This document shows, one piece after another, positions 1 to 10,083 of a stretch of DNA of 35,994 bases. Each line of letters starts with the position of its first letter. Within the stretch, counting starts at the first letter, position 1. The notes beneath the pieces were generated by a model that saw nothing but the letters and a program-made list of their open reading frames with translations, did no database searches and had not been told where the DNA came from. The stretch spans positions 1-35,994 of the forward strand of contig JAWWAH010000003.1 of the NCBI GenBank assembly GCA_033721415.1, read 5' to 3'. Origin of the DNA: Candidatus Spechtbacterales bacterium. GTDB lineage: Bacteria; Patescibacteriota; Minisyncoccia; Spechtbacterales; 2-12-FULL-38-22. The position numbers and the translations under genes were made by a program.

Positions 1-741
1 AGCGTTATATATACCTACATCTTCCTGGCTTTTCATAATAGAAAGAAGTATTGTATCTAATTTAAAATATAAAAGAGTAAAAACAAGCGAAACTGCTATT
101 GGGTAGGTAGTTTTTATTATTCTTTTCCACTCCTTAAGGGATGTTTTTAGATTAAAGCGTACAAGCCTTCGTGCAAAGATAAAGTTTATTATAAATATAA
201 CAAAACTTCCTACTACAAGCGCCGATAAGAAAAAGAGAAGCTCGCTATTATTTTGAAAAAAATACCAAACTAAACCCAATTGAACCGCTCTACCTAAAAC
301 TTCAGCTATAGCAGCTTTATATATTTGTATATATTTTTGAAACACTCCCAAAAATATTTGCGAAAGAGATAAAAACAAAAAACCAGATGCTGTAAAAACT
401 ACACCTAGTTTAACCACCTCAGAGTAGGGGAGTAGAAAAACCAACAAGGAAGCTACTCCTAAAAATACGCTTGCGACAACAAGACGTAGTGTAAAGTAGT
501 TACTTACTAATCTTTTTTCTTCCGTAGGGTTTTGAGATATTTCTTTAGTTAATAAAGAATATAATCCTAAATCAGCAAGTATTTGGAATGTAGAAAGATA
601 CGCAACCACAGTAGAGTACTCTCCAAAACCCTTTGTACCTAGTGCTCTGGTTATTAAACCAACAGAAAAAAGGGCAAGCACTCCACCGAGTATTCGCCCT
701 AAAGAAGAAACAAATGTATTTACTGTTATTTTTTTCAACAT
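1..741 (-). CDS. Wzx/MATE-like polysaccharide flippase (runs off window start)
   Basis: Not in ORF track. Manual translation from ATG at 741 gives MLKKITVNTFVSSLGRILGGVLALFSVGLITRALGTKGFGEYSTVVAYLSTFQILADLGL, a typical Wzx N-terminus (R-LG-x-GFG-Y...DLGL), followed by hydrophobic segments. Confidence 0.8.
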   Translation of the reverse strand, partial: MLKKITVNTFVSSLGRILGGVLALFSVGLITRALGTKGFGEYSTVVAYLSTFQILADLGLYSLLTKEISQNPTEEKRLVSNYFTLRLVVASVFLGVASLLVFLLPYSEVVKLGVVFTASGFLFLSLSQIFLGVFQKYIQIYKAAIAEVLGRAVQLGLVWYFFQNNSELLFFLSALVVGSFVIFIINFIFARRLVRFNLKTSLKEWKRIIKTTYPIAVSLVFTLLYFKLDTILLSIMKSQEDVGIYNA

Positions 742-756
742 AGGCCTATATGCCTA

Positions 757-1221
757 TTATGCCAGATATACTACAACTCGTCGATCAGGATAGTTTCCCT
801 TACTCTCTGTTTTAACATCATTATAGTCAGTAAGTGCTGCGTGTACTGCTCTTCTATCAAAAGCATTCATTGGTTCAAGTTCTACAGGTTTTTGTTCTTT
901 TAGTGCTTTATTTCGTGCTGAAAGAGCAAACCTCCTTAACAACTCTTCCCTTTTCTTTTTATAACCATTAATATCTAAATCTATTCTTATTTCTGGTCCA
1001 TATTTTTTTAGCATAGCTAAACGAAATACGGTTTGAAAATCTTTAAGATTACTTCCTCGTTCTCCTATAAGCGTTCTTGGTTCGTCCACAAAGGCACGGA
1101 CAAGGTATCTATTTTCTTCATCTTGTTCTTGAACCTCTGGGTCATGTAAAAGAAAAAAGTCCATTTTCTCGAGCCAGTTTTTTATATCCTTTTTTAAGTT
1201 TAAAGCTATATTTACATTCAT
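757..1221 (-). CDS. jag: Jag/EloR (KhpB) RNA-binding protein, KH + R3H, lacking Jag_N
   Basis: LIGERG KH motif, MNAFDRRAVH R3H motif, TESKG..RRVVV ending; canonical position after yidC. Confidence 0.88.
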   Translation of the reverse strand: MNVNIALNLKKDIKNWLEKMDFFLLHDPEVQEQDEENRYLVRAFVDEPRTLIGERGSNLKDFQTVFRLAMLKKYGPEIRIDLDINGYKKKREELLRRFALSARNKALKEQKPVELEPMNAFDRRAVHAALTDYNDVKTESKGNYPDRRVVVYLA

Positions 1222-1289
1222 AATATATTTTATAAACTAGTAATTTCCTGTGCTTAATATACATTAAATAAGCACTATTAGCAAGGTGT

Positions 1290-2012
1290 CTAGTCTTCGA
1301 ATTTCTTGTTTATACTATATTGCTGTCCAAATGAGAATACGGTTGTTGTAAACCAATAAAGAACTAGTCCCGCAGGAAAGCTTCTTGCTATAAAAATTGT
1401 TATAAAGGGTAAGATATATGTCATCTGCTTACCCATAATTTTTTGGAAATCTGGTTGTGATCCACTTTTTGTCTTACCAATTTTTTTCTTTTGACTAAAT
1501 GTTGTCTTAGATAACACAAATTGAGCCAATCCTGCTAGTATAGCTAAAATAAGAGATTGTTCTGCTAAATTAATACTTAAAAACATTGTATTAATATATT
1601 CTGGTTGTGAAACAAAACTATACAAACCCTCTATATTTCCTGGTTCAAGTTCTGTTAAAAATACTCTATACATACCTAAGATAATTGGAAGTTGTATAAG
1701 AAAAGGAACACATCCAGAAAATGGGTTTATTTTATGTTCTTTATAAAACTCCATTATAGCTCTTGATTGAGCCTCTTTATCTTTTTTATGTTTTTTTTGA
1801 ATTTCTTTTATTTTAGGTTGAAGAGTGGAAAGTTCTTTTTGAGATTTTAATGCTTTATAAGAAAGCGGGAAAAGCGCTAAACGAATAAGCACAGTAACTA
1901 GTATTATAGCGACACCAAGGTTTGCACCGGGTAATATATCTATAAATATAACCAAAAGATTTACTATTGGTTGAAAAATAAGATTATTAAATATAGTAAG
2001 TAGTATATCCAT
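1290..2012 (-). CDS. yidC: Membrane protein insertase YidC (short form)
   Basis: LQPKIKEIQKK, INPFSGCVPFLIQLPI, PAGLVLYW motifs; synteny. Confidence 0.95.
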   Translation of the reverse strand: MDILLTIFNNLIFQPIVNLLVIFIDILPGANLGVAIILVTVLIRLALFPLSYKALKSQKELSTLQPKIKEIQKKHKKDKEAQSRAIMEFYKEHKINPFSGCVPFLIQLPIILGMYRVFLTELEPGNIEGLYSFVSQPEYINTMFLSINLAEQSLILAILAGLAQFVLSKTTFSQKKKIGKTKSGSQPDFQKIMGKQMTYILPFITIFIARSFPAGLVLYWFTTTVFSFGQQYSINKKFED

Positions 2013-2013
2013 A

Positions 2014-2253
2014 TTAATGACAGTCTTTAATTTGTTTTAATCCTTTTTTAAGTCCTTTAATAACTCCGTGTTGTTTTACCATTTTTTTTGTATATTCAGA
2101 GCAGGTTGGACTAAACCTACAAACCCCTGTTGTATATAAACTTAATACTCCATGATCAGGGGAGAGGGTCCATTGATACACAACTATTATACCACTAACT
2201 ATTTTTCTAGAAATATTAGATAATGTTTGCCTTTTTAAAAATATCATTTGCAT
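2014..2253 (-). CDS. yidD: Membrane protein insertion efficiency factor YidD
   Basis: YQWTLSPDHG...CRFSPTCSEY...CH; between rnpA and yidC; start codon uncertain. Confidence 0.9.
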   Translation of the reverse strand: MQMIFLKRQTLSNISRKIVSGIIVVYQWTLSPDHGVLSLYTTGVCRFSPTCSEYTKKMVKQHGVIKGLKKGLKQIKDCH

Positions 2254-2551
2254 CTTTTATTAATTCCTGAAAATTAGCGCTTTTTATGTTTTCTTGTCCT
2301 ATAAAAACAATATCTACATCGCTGTCTAATGTTGGTAGTACTTCTACTATAACATGTCTTAATAAGCGCTTATAATAATTCCTTAAAACCGCCTTTTTTG
2401 TAAGTTTTTTACTTACTCCTACACCAATTCTTGTTTTTTTATCTTTGTTTTTTAATACTTTAATAAAAAAGAATTTACCCTTATAATTTTTTCCATTTTT
2501 AATTACTTGGGTAAACTCTTTAGTATTTAAGGTGTTTTTTTTTGGAATCAT
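2216..2551 (-). CDS. rnpA: Ribonuclease P protein component
   Basis: RIGVGVSKK..KAVLRNYYKRLLR (RNR-type motif); synteny after rpmH. Confidence 0.92.
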   Translation of the reverse strand: MIPKKNTLNTKEFTQVIKNGKNYKGKFFFIKVLKNKDKKTRIGVGVSKKLTKKAVLRNYYKRLLRHVIVEVLPTLDSDVDIVFIGQENIKSANFQELIKDANDIFKKANII

Positions 2552-2573
2552 AAACAGCCTTAGTGAACCACAA

Positions 2574-2720
2574 TTAAACAGTTAGTTTTTTGCGGCCTTT
2601 TTTTCTTCTTCGTTTTAGAACCCTTCTACCTGTTTTTGTTTTCATTCTTTCTCTAAAACCGTGTTTTCTTTTTCTTCTCTTTTTTGAAGGGTTATATGTT
2701 AGTGACTTCTTTTTTGCCAT
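2574..2720 (-). CDS. rpmH: 50S ribosomal protein L34
   Basis: Missed by ORF track. Manual translation [48 protein letters not shown]. Confidence 0.97.
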   Translation of the reverse strand: MAKKKSLTYNPSKKRRKRKHGFRERMKTKTGRRVLKRRRKKGRKKLTV

Positions 2721-2954
2721 AATATTTATTATTTTTACTAATCTAGCAACTTTTATACACTACCATTAAAGCTCTATTTTATCAAGATTCGTAATACTTA
2801 TCCACAGGTCTTACACAATTTATCCCAGAACTTTCCAAAAAATCAAGATTACATTAAGAACCATCTTCATGTTATCATACACGTAACTTAATGAATTAAA
2901 TCTACTCATAATCTTGGCTTGGGAACTCGCACCAACTATGAGACTTAAATAATT
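2721..2954. promoter_or_regulatory. oriC part 1 / rpmH-dnaA intergenic region with DnaA boxes and a dnaA leader hairpin
   Basis: Perfect TTATCCACA at 2798-2806, TTATACACT at 2753-2761; hairpin ctcata..ttgg/ccaa..tatgag at 2905-2942. Confidence 0.75.
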
Positions 2955-4313
2955 ATGCACGAACAAGAACTCTGGCAAATAGTATTAACTGATATAGAGG
3001 AACAAATATCAAAGGCTAATTTTGTCACCTGGTTCAAAAATACTTATATATCATCTAAAAAAGATGGTGTTGTATCTGTAGCTGTTCCTAATGGCTTTAG
3101 TAAAGAATGGTTAGAAAAGAAATATAATAAATATATATTAAAGTCCTTACGAAATAACGCTAATGAGGTAAAAGATGTTAAATACGTAATAGAAAATAAA
3201 AAACCATCTGTTCAAGTTGCTGAAAACACCAAACAACAACGTAAAAAGGATGAGGATGATACTCAACTTCAATTTGAAGAATTACAAATAGATAAAAATA
3301 CAAATTTAAATCCTAAATATACTTTTGATTCTTTCGTGGTAGGCGCATCTAATGAATTAGCACATGCTGCAGCTTTATCTGTTGTAAATAATCCAGGAAC
3401 AACTTATAATCCACTATTTATATATGGTGGAGTGGGTTTAGGTAAAACTCACCTACTTCAAGCTATAGGTAATGAATTATCTAAAAATAAAAGAAGTGTT
3501 GTATATTTAACATCAGAACAATTTACTAGTGAGTTTATTTCAGCTGTACAAAATCAAAATATAGAAAGTTTTAAAAACAAATATAGAAAAAAAGACTTGC
3601 TTATTATTGATGATATTCAGTTTATAGCTGGTAAAGAGGGGACTCAAGAAGAGTTTTTTCATACTTTCAATGCATTACATGAAAGAAATAAACAGATAAT
3701 ATTGAGTTCTGATAGACCCCCAAAAGCAATACCTACCTTAGAAGAGCGTCTTCGTTCAAGATTCGAAGGAGGTATGCTTATAGATATTGGTTATCCTGAT
3801 TATGAAACACGAGTAGCAATTCTTAAAATAAAAATTAAAGATAAGAACGTATCTTTAAGCGAGGAGGTTATAAATTATATAGCTTCACATATACAAAAAA
3901 ATGTGCGCGAGTTAGAGGGTGCATTAAATCTTATAATAGCTTCTTCTAAATTACATAAAAATGAAATATCTTTAGATCAAGCTAAAAAAGTTTTAGCACA
4001 TCTAACACAAAAACCTAAAAAACCTATTACTTTTAAAAAGATATTTAAAACAGTAACTAGTTTTTATGAAGTAGATGAAAAAGATCTTATAAGTAAAAAT
4101 AGAAAAAGAGAAGTTGTACTACCCAGACAAGTTGCTATGTTTTTAATGAGAACAGAGATGAAGAGTTCTTATCCCTATATAGGAGAGAAGTTTGGTGGGA
4201 AAGATCATACTACAGTTATTCATGCTTGTGATAAAATTGAAAGAAAATTGAAAGAAAATAGTTCTTTTGAGGAAGAGTTTAACTTTATAAAACAACAACT
4301 ATACCTAGAGTAA
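2955..4313 (+). CDS. dnaA: Chromosomal replication initiator DnaA
   Basis: YNPLFIYGGVGLGKTHL Walker A, LLIIDDIQF, RLRSRF, GGKDHTTVIHA domain IV. Confidence 0.99.
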   Translation: MHEQELWQIVLTDIEEQISKANFVTWFKNTYISSKKDGVVSVAVPNGFSKEWLEKKYNKYILKSLRNNANEVKDVKYVIENKKPSVQVAENTKQQRKKDEDDTQLQFEELQIDKNTNLNPKYTFDSFVVGASNELAHAAALSVVNNPGTTYNPLFIYGGVGLGKTHLLQAIGNELSKNKRSVVYLTSEQFTSEFISAVQNQNIESFKNKYRKKDLLIIDDIQFIAGKEGTQEEFFHTFNALHERNKQIILSSDRPPKAIPTLEERLRSRFEGGMLIDIGYPDYETRVAILKIKIKDKNVSLSEEVINYIASHIQKNVRELEGALNLIIASSKLHKNEISLDQAKKVLAHLTQKPKKPITFKKIFKTVTSFYEVDEKDLISKNRKREVVLPRQVAMFLMRTEMKSSYPYIGEKFGGKDHTTVIHACDKIERKLKENSSFEEEFNFIKQQLYLE

Positions 4314-4563
4314 TAAAATAAGTCTGTTAATTAACAGTGGAAAACAACTAGGAAAACTTTGTGGAATATCTGAAGACTAACTGAGTATTATGTGTGTATA
4401 AAAAGTATTTTAATTACATAGTTAAAACTTATACACACTAAACCCCAGTTAATCCACAGACTACTCCTTGGGTTAGTCCACTATTAATTAATATGTTAAA
4501 TACTTATAAATACAGCTTCTAATAGGTTTTCCACTAAATGCTATCTAACCTATAATAACTACT
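4314..4563. promoter_or_regulatory. oriC part 2 (dnaA-dnaN intergenic DnaA-box cluster and AT-rich unwinding region)
   Basis: TGTGTATAA 4393-4401, TTATACACA 4429-4437, TAATCCACA 4450-4458, further degenerate boxes, then AT-rich CTA/TAA triplets before dnaN. Confidence 0.8.
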
Positions 4564-5673
4564 ATGAAATTAAATATTAAAAAAGAATTATTATTAAAGG
4601 CAGTAAATATCAACGAAAGAAATGTTGGTAGAAACTTAACGCTACCTATACTTAATAATATTTTAATTAGAGCTAACGAAAATAAAGTAGAAATTATATC
4701 TACAGATTTAGATATTGCAATTATTACAGAACTTACTGCAAAAACAGAAGAGTCAGGAAGTATAGTTATACCACCTAAAACTTTAAGTGGTTTTCTTTCA
4801 AATCTTCCTGATTCTTCAATAGAATTAAAGAAAAATAAAGAAACTTTATTTTTAAAAAATGGCACACATAAAACATCTATAAAGGGTGAGAATGATAAAG
4901 ATTTCCCTTTACTACCTAAAGTTTATAGAGATAATTACTTTACAGTTAAAGCTAAAGATATAGTTAGTGCTCTAGATCAAGTAATTAATTCTGTTTCTTC
5001 TTCAGAATTAAAACCAGAACTTACAGGAATACTTTTTAATATTACAAAAAATGAATTTAAATTAGCATCAACAGACTCATTTAGGTTATCTGAAAGAAAA
5101 GTACCTTTTGATAATATTAGTGCTATTAATAATAAAAAAATAATACCTGCAAAAACTGCTAATGAAATTATAAGAAGTTATCAAAACATTGAAGGAGAAC
5201 TTATTTTTTATATAGAAGATAACCAACTAACAGTAGAAAATAAAGATAATAATAATTTTAAAATAAGAATAATCTCTAAGTTTATAGAGGGAGATTATCC
5301 AGATTATTCTAAAATAATCCCTAATAATTTTACAACAAAAGTTATAGTTTCTAAAAAAGATCTTTTACAACAAGTTAAAGGAGCAAGCTTATTTACAAGT
5401 AGAGTTAATGATATCAGATTATCTGTAAACCAAAAAAAAATAGATATACATGCTGAAAATTATGATGTAGGAGAGTTTAATTCTTCTGTTACTGTTACTA
5501 CAACAGGGGAGAGTAAAGAACTTGTTTTTAACCATCAATATTTAATAGATGGTTTAAATAATATAGAGGGTGACGAAATTATTATAAAGATAAATAAGGC
5601 AGATGGTCCTACTATGTTTGAATCTACAGATTATAAAAATTACTTTTATATACTTATGCCAATTAGGCATTAA
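4564..5673 (+). CDS. dnaN: DNA polymerase III beta clamp
   Basis: LPILNNILI, STDLD, STDSFRLSE, EGDYPDY, YILMPI; follows dnaA. Confidence 0.98.
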   Translation: MKLNIKKELLLKAVNINERNVGRNLTLPILNNILIRANENKVEIISTDLDIAIITELTAKTEESGSIVIPPKTLSGFLSNLPDSSIELKKNKETLFLKNGTHKTSIKGENDKDFPLLPKVYRDNYFTVKAKDIVSALDQVINSVSSSELKPELTGILFNITKNEFKLASTDSFRLSERKVPFDNISAINNKKIIPAKTANEIIRSYQNIEGELIFYIEDNQLTVENKDNNNFKIRIISKFIEGDYPDYSKIIPNNFTTKVIVSKKDLLQQVKGASLFTSRVNDIRLSVNQKKIDIHAENYDVGEFNSSVTVTTTGESKELVFNHQYLIDGLNNIEGDEIIIKINKADGPTMFESTDYKNYFYILMPIRH

Positions 5674-5685
5674 TCACAGGATAAT

Positions 5686-5955
5686 ATGTTCATACATTTA
5701 AATAGTTTATTATCCAGAAAAACTTTTAAATTTGACAACGCAGAATTACCTCAATTATGGAAAGAGGCAGTAAAAAATGTACGACCAGGAGCAGAGAAGT
5801 ATACCAAATATAAAGATATTAGAAATAATATATTGTATGTTAGTGCTGATGATCCTGTATGGATAAAAGAACTTAGTGGTTATCAAGAAGACTTAAAAAA
5901 ACACATTAATAAAAAAAGAAGCGAACCTATATATTCTATAAAAATATCTCTCTAA
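5686..5955 (+). CDS. dciA: DciA / DUF721 helicase-loading factor
   Basis: W..AV...AEKYT....RNNILYV...DPVW..EL pattern of DUF721; located after dnaN. Confidence 0.7.
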   Translation: MFIHLNSLLSRKTFKFDNAELPQLWKEAVKNVRPGAEKYTKYKDIRNNILYVSADDPVWIKELSGYQEDLKKHINKKRSEPIYSIKISL

Positions 5956-5998
5956 ACTAAAAATCCCAGATATCTGGGATTTTTAGTTTAGAGAGATA
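5945..5998. terminator. Perfect 54-bp palindrome / bidirectional terminator between convergent genes
   Basis: tatctctctaaactaaaaatcccagat|atctgggatttttagtttagagagata, 27-bp arms, no spacer. Confidence 0.8.
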
Positions 5999-8717
5999 GA
6001 ATATTAAGTGCGTCTTCGTTTTCTTCTGGAGGATTAGGTTTTCCTACAATAAAGGATACACTTCTGGATGTTGTATTTTCTTCATAAGTTTCTCCAAATA
6101 TAGTAATCGTGTAATTTCCTTCAGATAAAGAACCTAAATTATTTTGTATATTATAAGCAGATATACCATCATTAGAAAATCTTTTATTTAAAACAGTATT
6201 TTTATTTAATGTGATTCTAATATTTTTTAATGACCCTGAGGAACTTACACTTCCTGATATTATTATATCTTCACTTTCTTTATAATTTTTATTTTCTGGA
6301 TTATTTATATTTATCACAATAGGACCAGATTGTTCATTATTACCGTTACTGTCGTTTAATATTCCATTTTCTCTTGCCCATATTCTTACAGAATAATCCC
6401 AATTAGTATATTGAGGATCATTTTTAGGGTTATCTGGGGCATCTTTTCTTGGTTTGTATTTTTCAACATAATGCAGAATAGAATGAGGCATAACAACACC
6501 ATCTAATACAGGTTTTTCAGTTTTATCTATAACAGGATTAGTAAAAGACGACTCTTCTTCTAGTGTTGGAAGTTTAAAGTAAAATTCCTTGTTTTTAATA
6601 ATATCTCCTTCTAAAGATTTTTCTTTATATATATTTTTAATTACACTATTCCATATAGGAGATGCTACAGAGCTTCCTGATCCATTACGCATAGGGTAAT
6701 TATTATTATTACCAGTCCATACACCAACAGTGATACTTGGTGTGTATCCCACCGTCCATGCATCCATGTAATCTTGAGTAGTCCCTGTTTTAGCTGCAAC
6801 AGATAAACCAGGTATATTTAAATTATTTACTTCTCCAAATACACGGGATCTAAATTCATTTTTACTTAAACTGTATGTAACTTGGTTAGCTACATTTTTA
6901 TCTAAAACACGAACAGAGTTTTTTCTATATTCTTCTAATACATTACCTTCTTTATCTTCTATATTTAATATAAAAGTTGTTTCATTTCTTTCTCCTTCTG
7001 TTGCAAAAACACCAAACGCAGATGTTTCTTCTACAAGCGTTACATCTCCTCCTCCAAGGACAAGTGCTAAACCATAGCGATTATGATCCTGTAAAGAATC
7101 TATACCCATTCTATTAGCTAATTTTAACGTGTTTTCTATTCCTGCTAGATATAAAACTTTTACAGCAGGTATATTTCTTGATTGAGCTAAAGCTTCTTTA
7201 AATGTAAGAGGTCCAAAATAAGCAAGGTCATAATTACCCGGATTATAACATTTAGAACCATTTGGTGCAGTTTCTTCAAGTGCATTAGCAGAGCAGTTTG
7301 GATTAAATTCTGTACGAGTATCATATATTATAGTATCTGGTGTATATCCTCGATCATAAGCAGCTGCATAAGCAAAAGGTTTAAATGAAGAACCTGGTTG
7401 TTGTGGGGTTACAGCAACATTTACTTGAGGGTCAAATAAACAAGATTTACCAGGAGTACAATTTTCAGGATAAGAATCTCCAAAATAATTTTTAGATCCA
7501 ACCATACTTAAAACTTGTCCTGTGTGTGGATCTATTACCACAACAGCAGTATTATTTGAATTAAACTGGTTTTTATTTTTTTCAGAGTACTCTATAACAG
7601 AATCTTCTGCTACTCTTTGAATAGTGGTATCTAAAGTAGTAACAACCTTAAGTCCTGCTTTTTGTACAAAAGTAGCTCCATACTTATTTTCTAAATACTT
7701 TTTAACTTCTATAACAAAATGAGGAGCATCAAATCCACTGAAAGTAGGACTTAATATAACCTCTTCATTTAAAGCTAATTCATATTCTTCTTCGGAAATA
7801 TATTCTGAATTTTTCATTTTTTCTAGTATAAATCTCTGTCTATTTTTTAATGCTTCTTGGTTATTAGCATAATATGTAGGAGCTTGAGGTAGTGCTGCTA
7901 AAGTTGTAGCTTCTGCTAAAGTTAAATCTTTTGCACTTTTATTAAAATAACTTTTAGATGCAGCCTCTACTCCATAAGTATTACCCCCATAAGGTACTTG
8001 GTTTAAATATAAATCTAAAATTTCATCCTTTGAGTATTTAAACTCTATTTGTATAGCTAAAATAGCCTCCTTTATTTTTCTTGAAAATGTTTTTTGAGGA
8101 GTAAGTAGTGCATTTTTTATAAATTGTTGAGTTATTGTTGATCCTCCTTGGGTTCTATCTCCGGTTCTAATATTTACCACTACAGCTCTAAATATACCCT
8201 TAACGTCTATTCCTGGATGTTCATAAAAATTTTCATCTTCAGCAACTATAGTTGCCCACTTTATACTATCTGGAATTTCTTCAGGGGGTATAATAGTTCT
8301 TTTTTCTTCTCCATAAATATCATATAAAACTGTTGACTCTGTTCTATCTAATATCTTTGTTGATTCAGGAATAAAAATATCACTTATTGCTTCTGAAGAA
8401 GGAAGATCTTTACTGTAATAAACAAATAAAAAACCAATAAGCATAAGTCCAATAAATCCAGTATATGCAATAGTTTTTAATAAAGTAAATTTTTTATTAC
8501 CAACAAATTTAGCGATTTTTTTAAAACCTAACTTTAAATAATGTGCTATAAAGTATAAAATAGAAAGGAGTATTTTAAATATATCAACTAAAGCACCTAG
8601 AAACTCCCTCCCTATTTGAGGTGCATATCTTTTTAAGATATTTAAAAAACGCACTGAAAAATCCTTTACATAAGGAAGCAATGCTTTAATTTTAGATAAA
8701 ATATTTTTTTTGTTCAT
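5988..8717 (-). CDS. Class A penicillin-binding protein (PBP1A family) with probable C-terminal Ig-like domain
   Basis: AEDENFYEHPG, GGSTITQQ, RKIKE, YLNQVPYG transglycosylase motifs; GSSFKP, SRN, KTGT transpeptidase motifs. Confidence 0.95.
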   Translation of the reverse strand: MNKKNILSKIKALLPYVKDFSVRFLNILKRYAPQIGREFLGALVDIFKILLSILYFIAHYLKLGFKKIAKFVGNKKFTLLKTIAYTGFIGLMLIGFLFVYYSKDLPSSEAISDIFIPESTKILDRTESTVLYDIYGEEKRTIIPPEEIPDSIKWATIVAEDENFYEHPGIDVKGIFRAVVVNIRTGDRTQGGSTITQQFIKNALLTPQKTFSRKIKEAILAIQIEFKYSKDEILDLYLNQVPYGGNTYGVEAASKSYFNKSAKDLTLAEATTLAALPQAPTYYANNQEALKNRQRFILEKMKNSEYISEEEYELALNEEVILSPTFSGFDAPHFVIEVKKYLENKYGATFVQKAGLKVVTTLDTTIQRVAEDSVIEYSEKNKNQFNSNNTAVVVIDPHTGQVLSMVGSKNYFGDSYPENCTPGKSCLFDPQVNVAVTPQQPGSSFKPFAYAAAYDRGYTPDTIIYDTRTEFNPNCSANALEETAPNGSKCYNPGNYDLAYFGPLTFKEALAQSRNIPAVKVLYLAGIENTLKLANRMGIDSLQDHNRYGLALVLGGGDVTLVEETSAFGVFATEGERNETTFILNIEDKEGNVLEEYRKNSVRVLDKNVANQVTYSLSKNEFRSRVFGEVNNLNIPGLSVAAKTGTTQDYMDAWTVGYTPSITVGVWTGNNNNYPMRNGSGSSVASPIWNSVIKNIYKEKSLEGDIIKNKEFYFKLPTLEEESSFTNPVIDKTEKPVLDGVVMPHSILHYVEKYKPRKDAPDNPKNDPQYTNWDYSVRIWARENGILNDSNGNNEQSGPIVININNPENKNYKESEDIIISGSVSSSGSLKNIRITLNKNTVLNKRFSNDGISAYNIQNNLGSLSEGNYTITIFGETYEENTTSRSVSFIVGKPNPPEENEDALNILSL

Positions 8718-8863
8718 ATATTAAACAAAATAAGAAAGATAGTATATTTATATACTACAAGTAAAAACAATAATATAATAAAATATATAGGTCAACCCTT
8801 ATATAGTAACATTTTATAAGTATTTTGTTAGTATATAATAATTAGAAAAATAAATATAAAGAT

Positions 8864-10048
8864 ATGAAAACAGAATTCACAGAAAAAGACCTTCTTACTC
8901 GTGGAGTTGAAGAGGTTATAGAAGAGAAAAATTTAAAAAAGAAACTAAAAAAAGGCAAAAAGTTGCGTATTAAATTTGGTATAGATCCGACGGCACCCGA
9001 TATTCATCTTGGTCATACTGTTCCGATGTGGAAACTAAGACAATTTCAAGATATGGGGCACACAGCAGTTCTTATAATTGGGGATTATACAGCATCAATA
9101 GGGGATCCTTCAGGAAAAGACAAAACAAGACCCCCACTTACTGAAAAAGAAATCAAAAAAAACTACAAAACTTACGAAAAGCAAGCTTTAAAAATATTAA
9201 GAAAAGATAGATTAGAGGTTCATAAGCAAACAGAGTGGTTTAAAAAGTTTAATTTAAAAGAATTAATTAAATTAACTTCTCAGATATCTGTTGGTCAACT
9301 TTTAAGTCATGAAACATTTAGGGCTCGTTTACGTAAAAATGAACCATTATCTACACACGAACTTTTATATCCATTTCTTCAAGGGTATGATTCCGTTGCA
9401 ATAAAAGCAGATGTAGAATTAGGTGCTGTAGAACAAAAATTTAATCTTTTAGCCGGGAGGATTATACAGAAACAAAACAATATGAATCCTCAAGATGTAA
9501 TCACAACACCATATTTACTAGGTACAGATGGAAAAGAAAAAATGAGTAAGAGTTTGGGAAACTATATAGCCCTTCAAGATAAACCAGAAGATATGTTTGG
9601 AAAAGTTATGTCTATAACTGACGATGAGATAATAAAGTACTTTGAACTTGCTACACCACTACCCACAAAAGAAATAAAAAAACTAAAAAAAGAAAAAATA
9701 ACTGGAAAAACGGCTCGTAATCTTAAAATAAAACTAGCGGAACTAATTACAACTATTTATTGGGGAGAGGAAGAAGCAAAAAAAGCACGCAAAAGATTCG
9801 AAACCCAATTTCAAAAACAAGAAATTCCCAAAGATGTAAAAGAATTCAAAACAAATAAGAAAAAAGTTACAGATGTTTTAGATAAAACTGATCTAACTTC
9901 TTCTAAAAGTGAAGCTAGAAGATTAATTAAACAGGGTGCTGTTTATATTAATGACAAAAGAGTAGAGGATATACACGCAGAAATACCTAAAAAACCATTT
10001 ATTTTAAGAGTTGGTAGAAGAAAAATAATAAAGGTTTCTAAAAAGTAA
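8864..10048 (+). CDS. tyrS: Tyrosine--tRNA ligase
   Basis: GIDPTAPDIHLGH, YPFLQGYD, KMSKS, C-terminal S4 domain (SKSEARRLIKQGAV). Confidence 0.98.
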   Translation: MKTEFTEKDLLTRGVEEVIEEKNLKKKLKKGKKLRIKFGIDPTAPDIHLGHTVPMWKLRQFQDMGHTAVLIIGDYTASIGDPSGKDKTRPPLTEKEIKKNYKTYEKQALKILRKDRLEVHKQTEWFKKFNLKELIKLTSQISVGQLLSHETFRARLRKNEPLSTHELLYPFLQGYDSVAIKADVELGAVEQKFNLLAGRIIQKQNNMNPQDVITTPYLLGTDGKEKMSKSLGNYIALQDKPEDMFGKVMSITDDEIIKYFELATPLPTKEIKKLKKEKITGKTARNLKIKLAELITTIYWGEEEAKKARKRFETQFQKQEIPKDVKEFKTNKKKVTDVLDKTDLTSSKSEARRLIKQGAVYINDKRVEDIHAEIPKKPFILRVGRRKIIKVSKK

Positions 10049-10083
10049 GAAAAAAGCGGAGACTATTTCTCCGCTTTTTTCTT
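10047..10083. terminator. Bidirectional intrinsic terminator
   Basis: aagaaaaaagcggaga-ctatt-tctccgcttttttctt between convergent tyrS and rimK-like gene. Confidence 0.8.
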
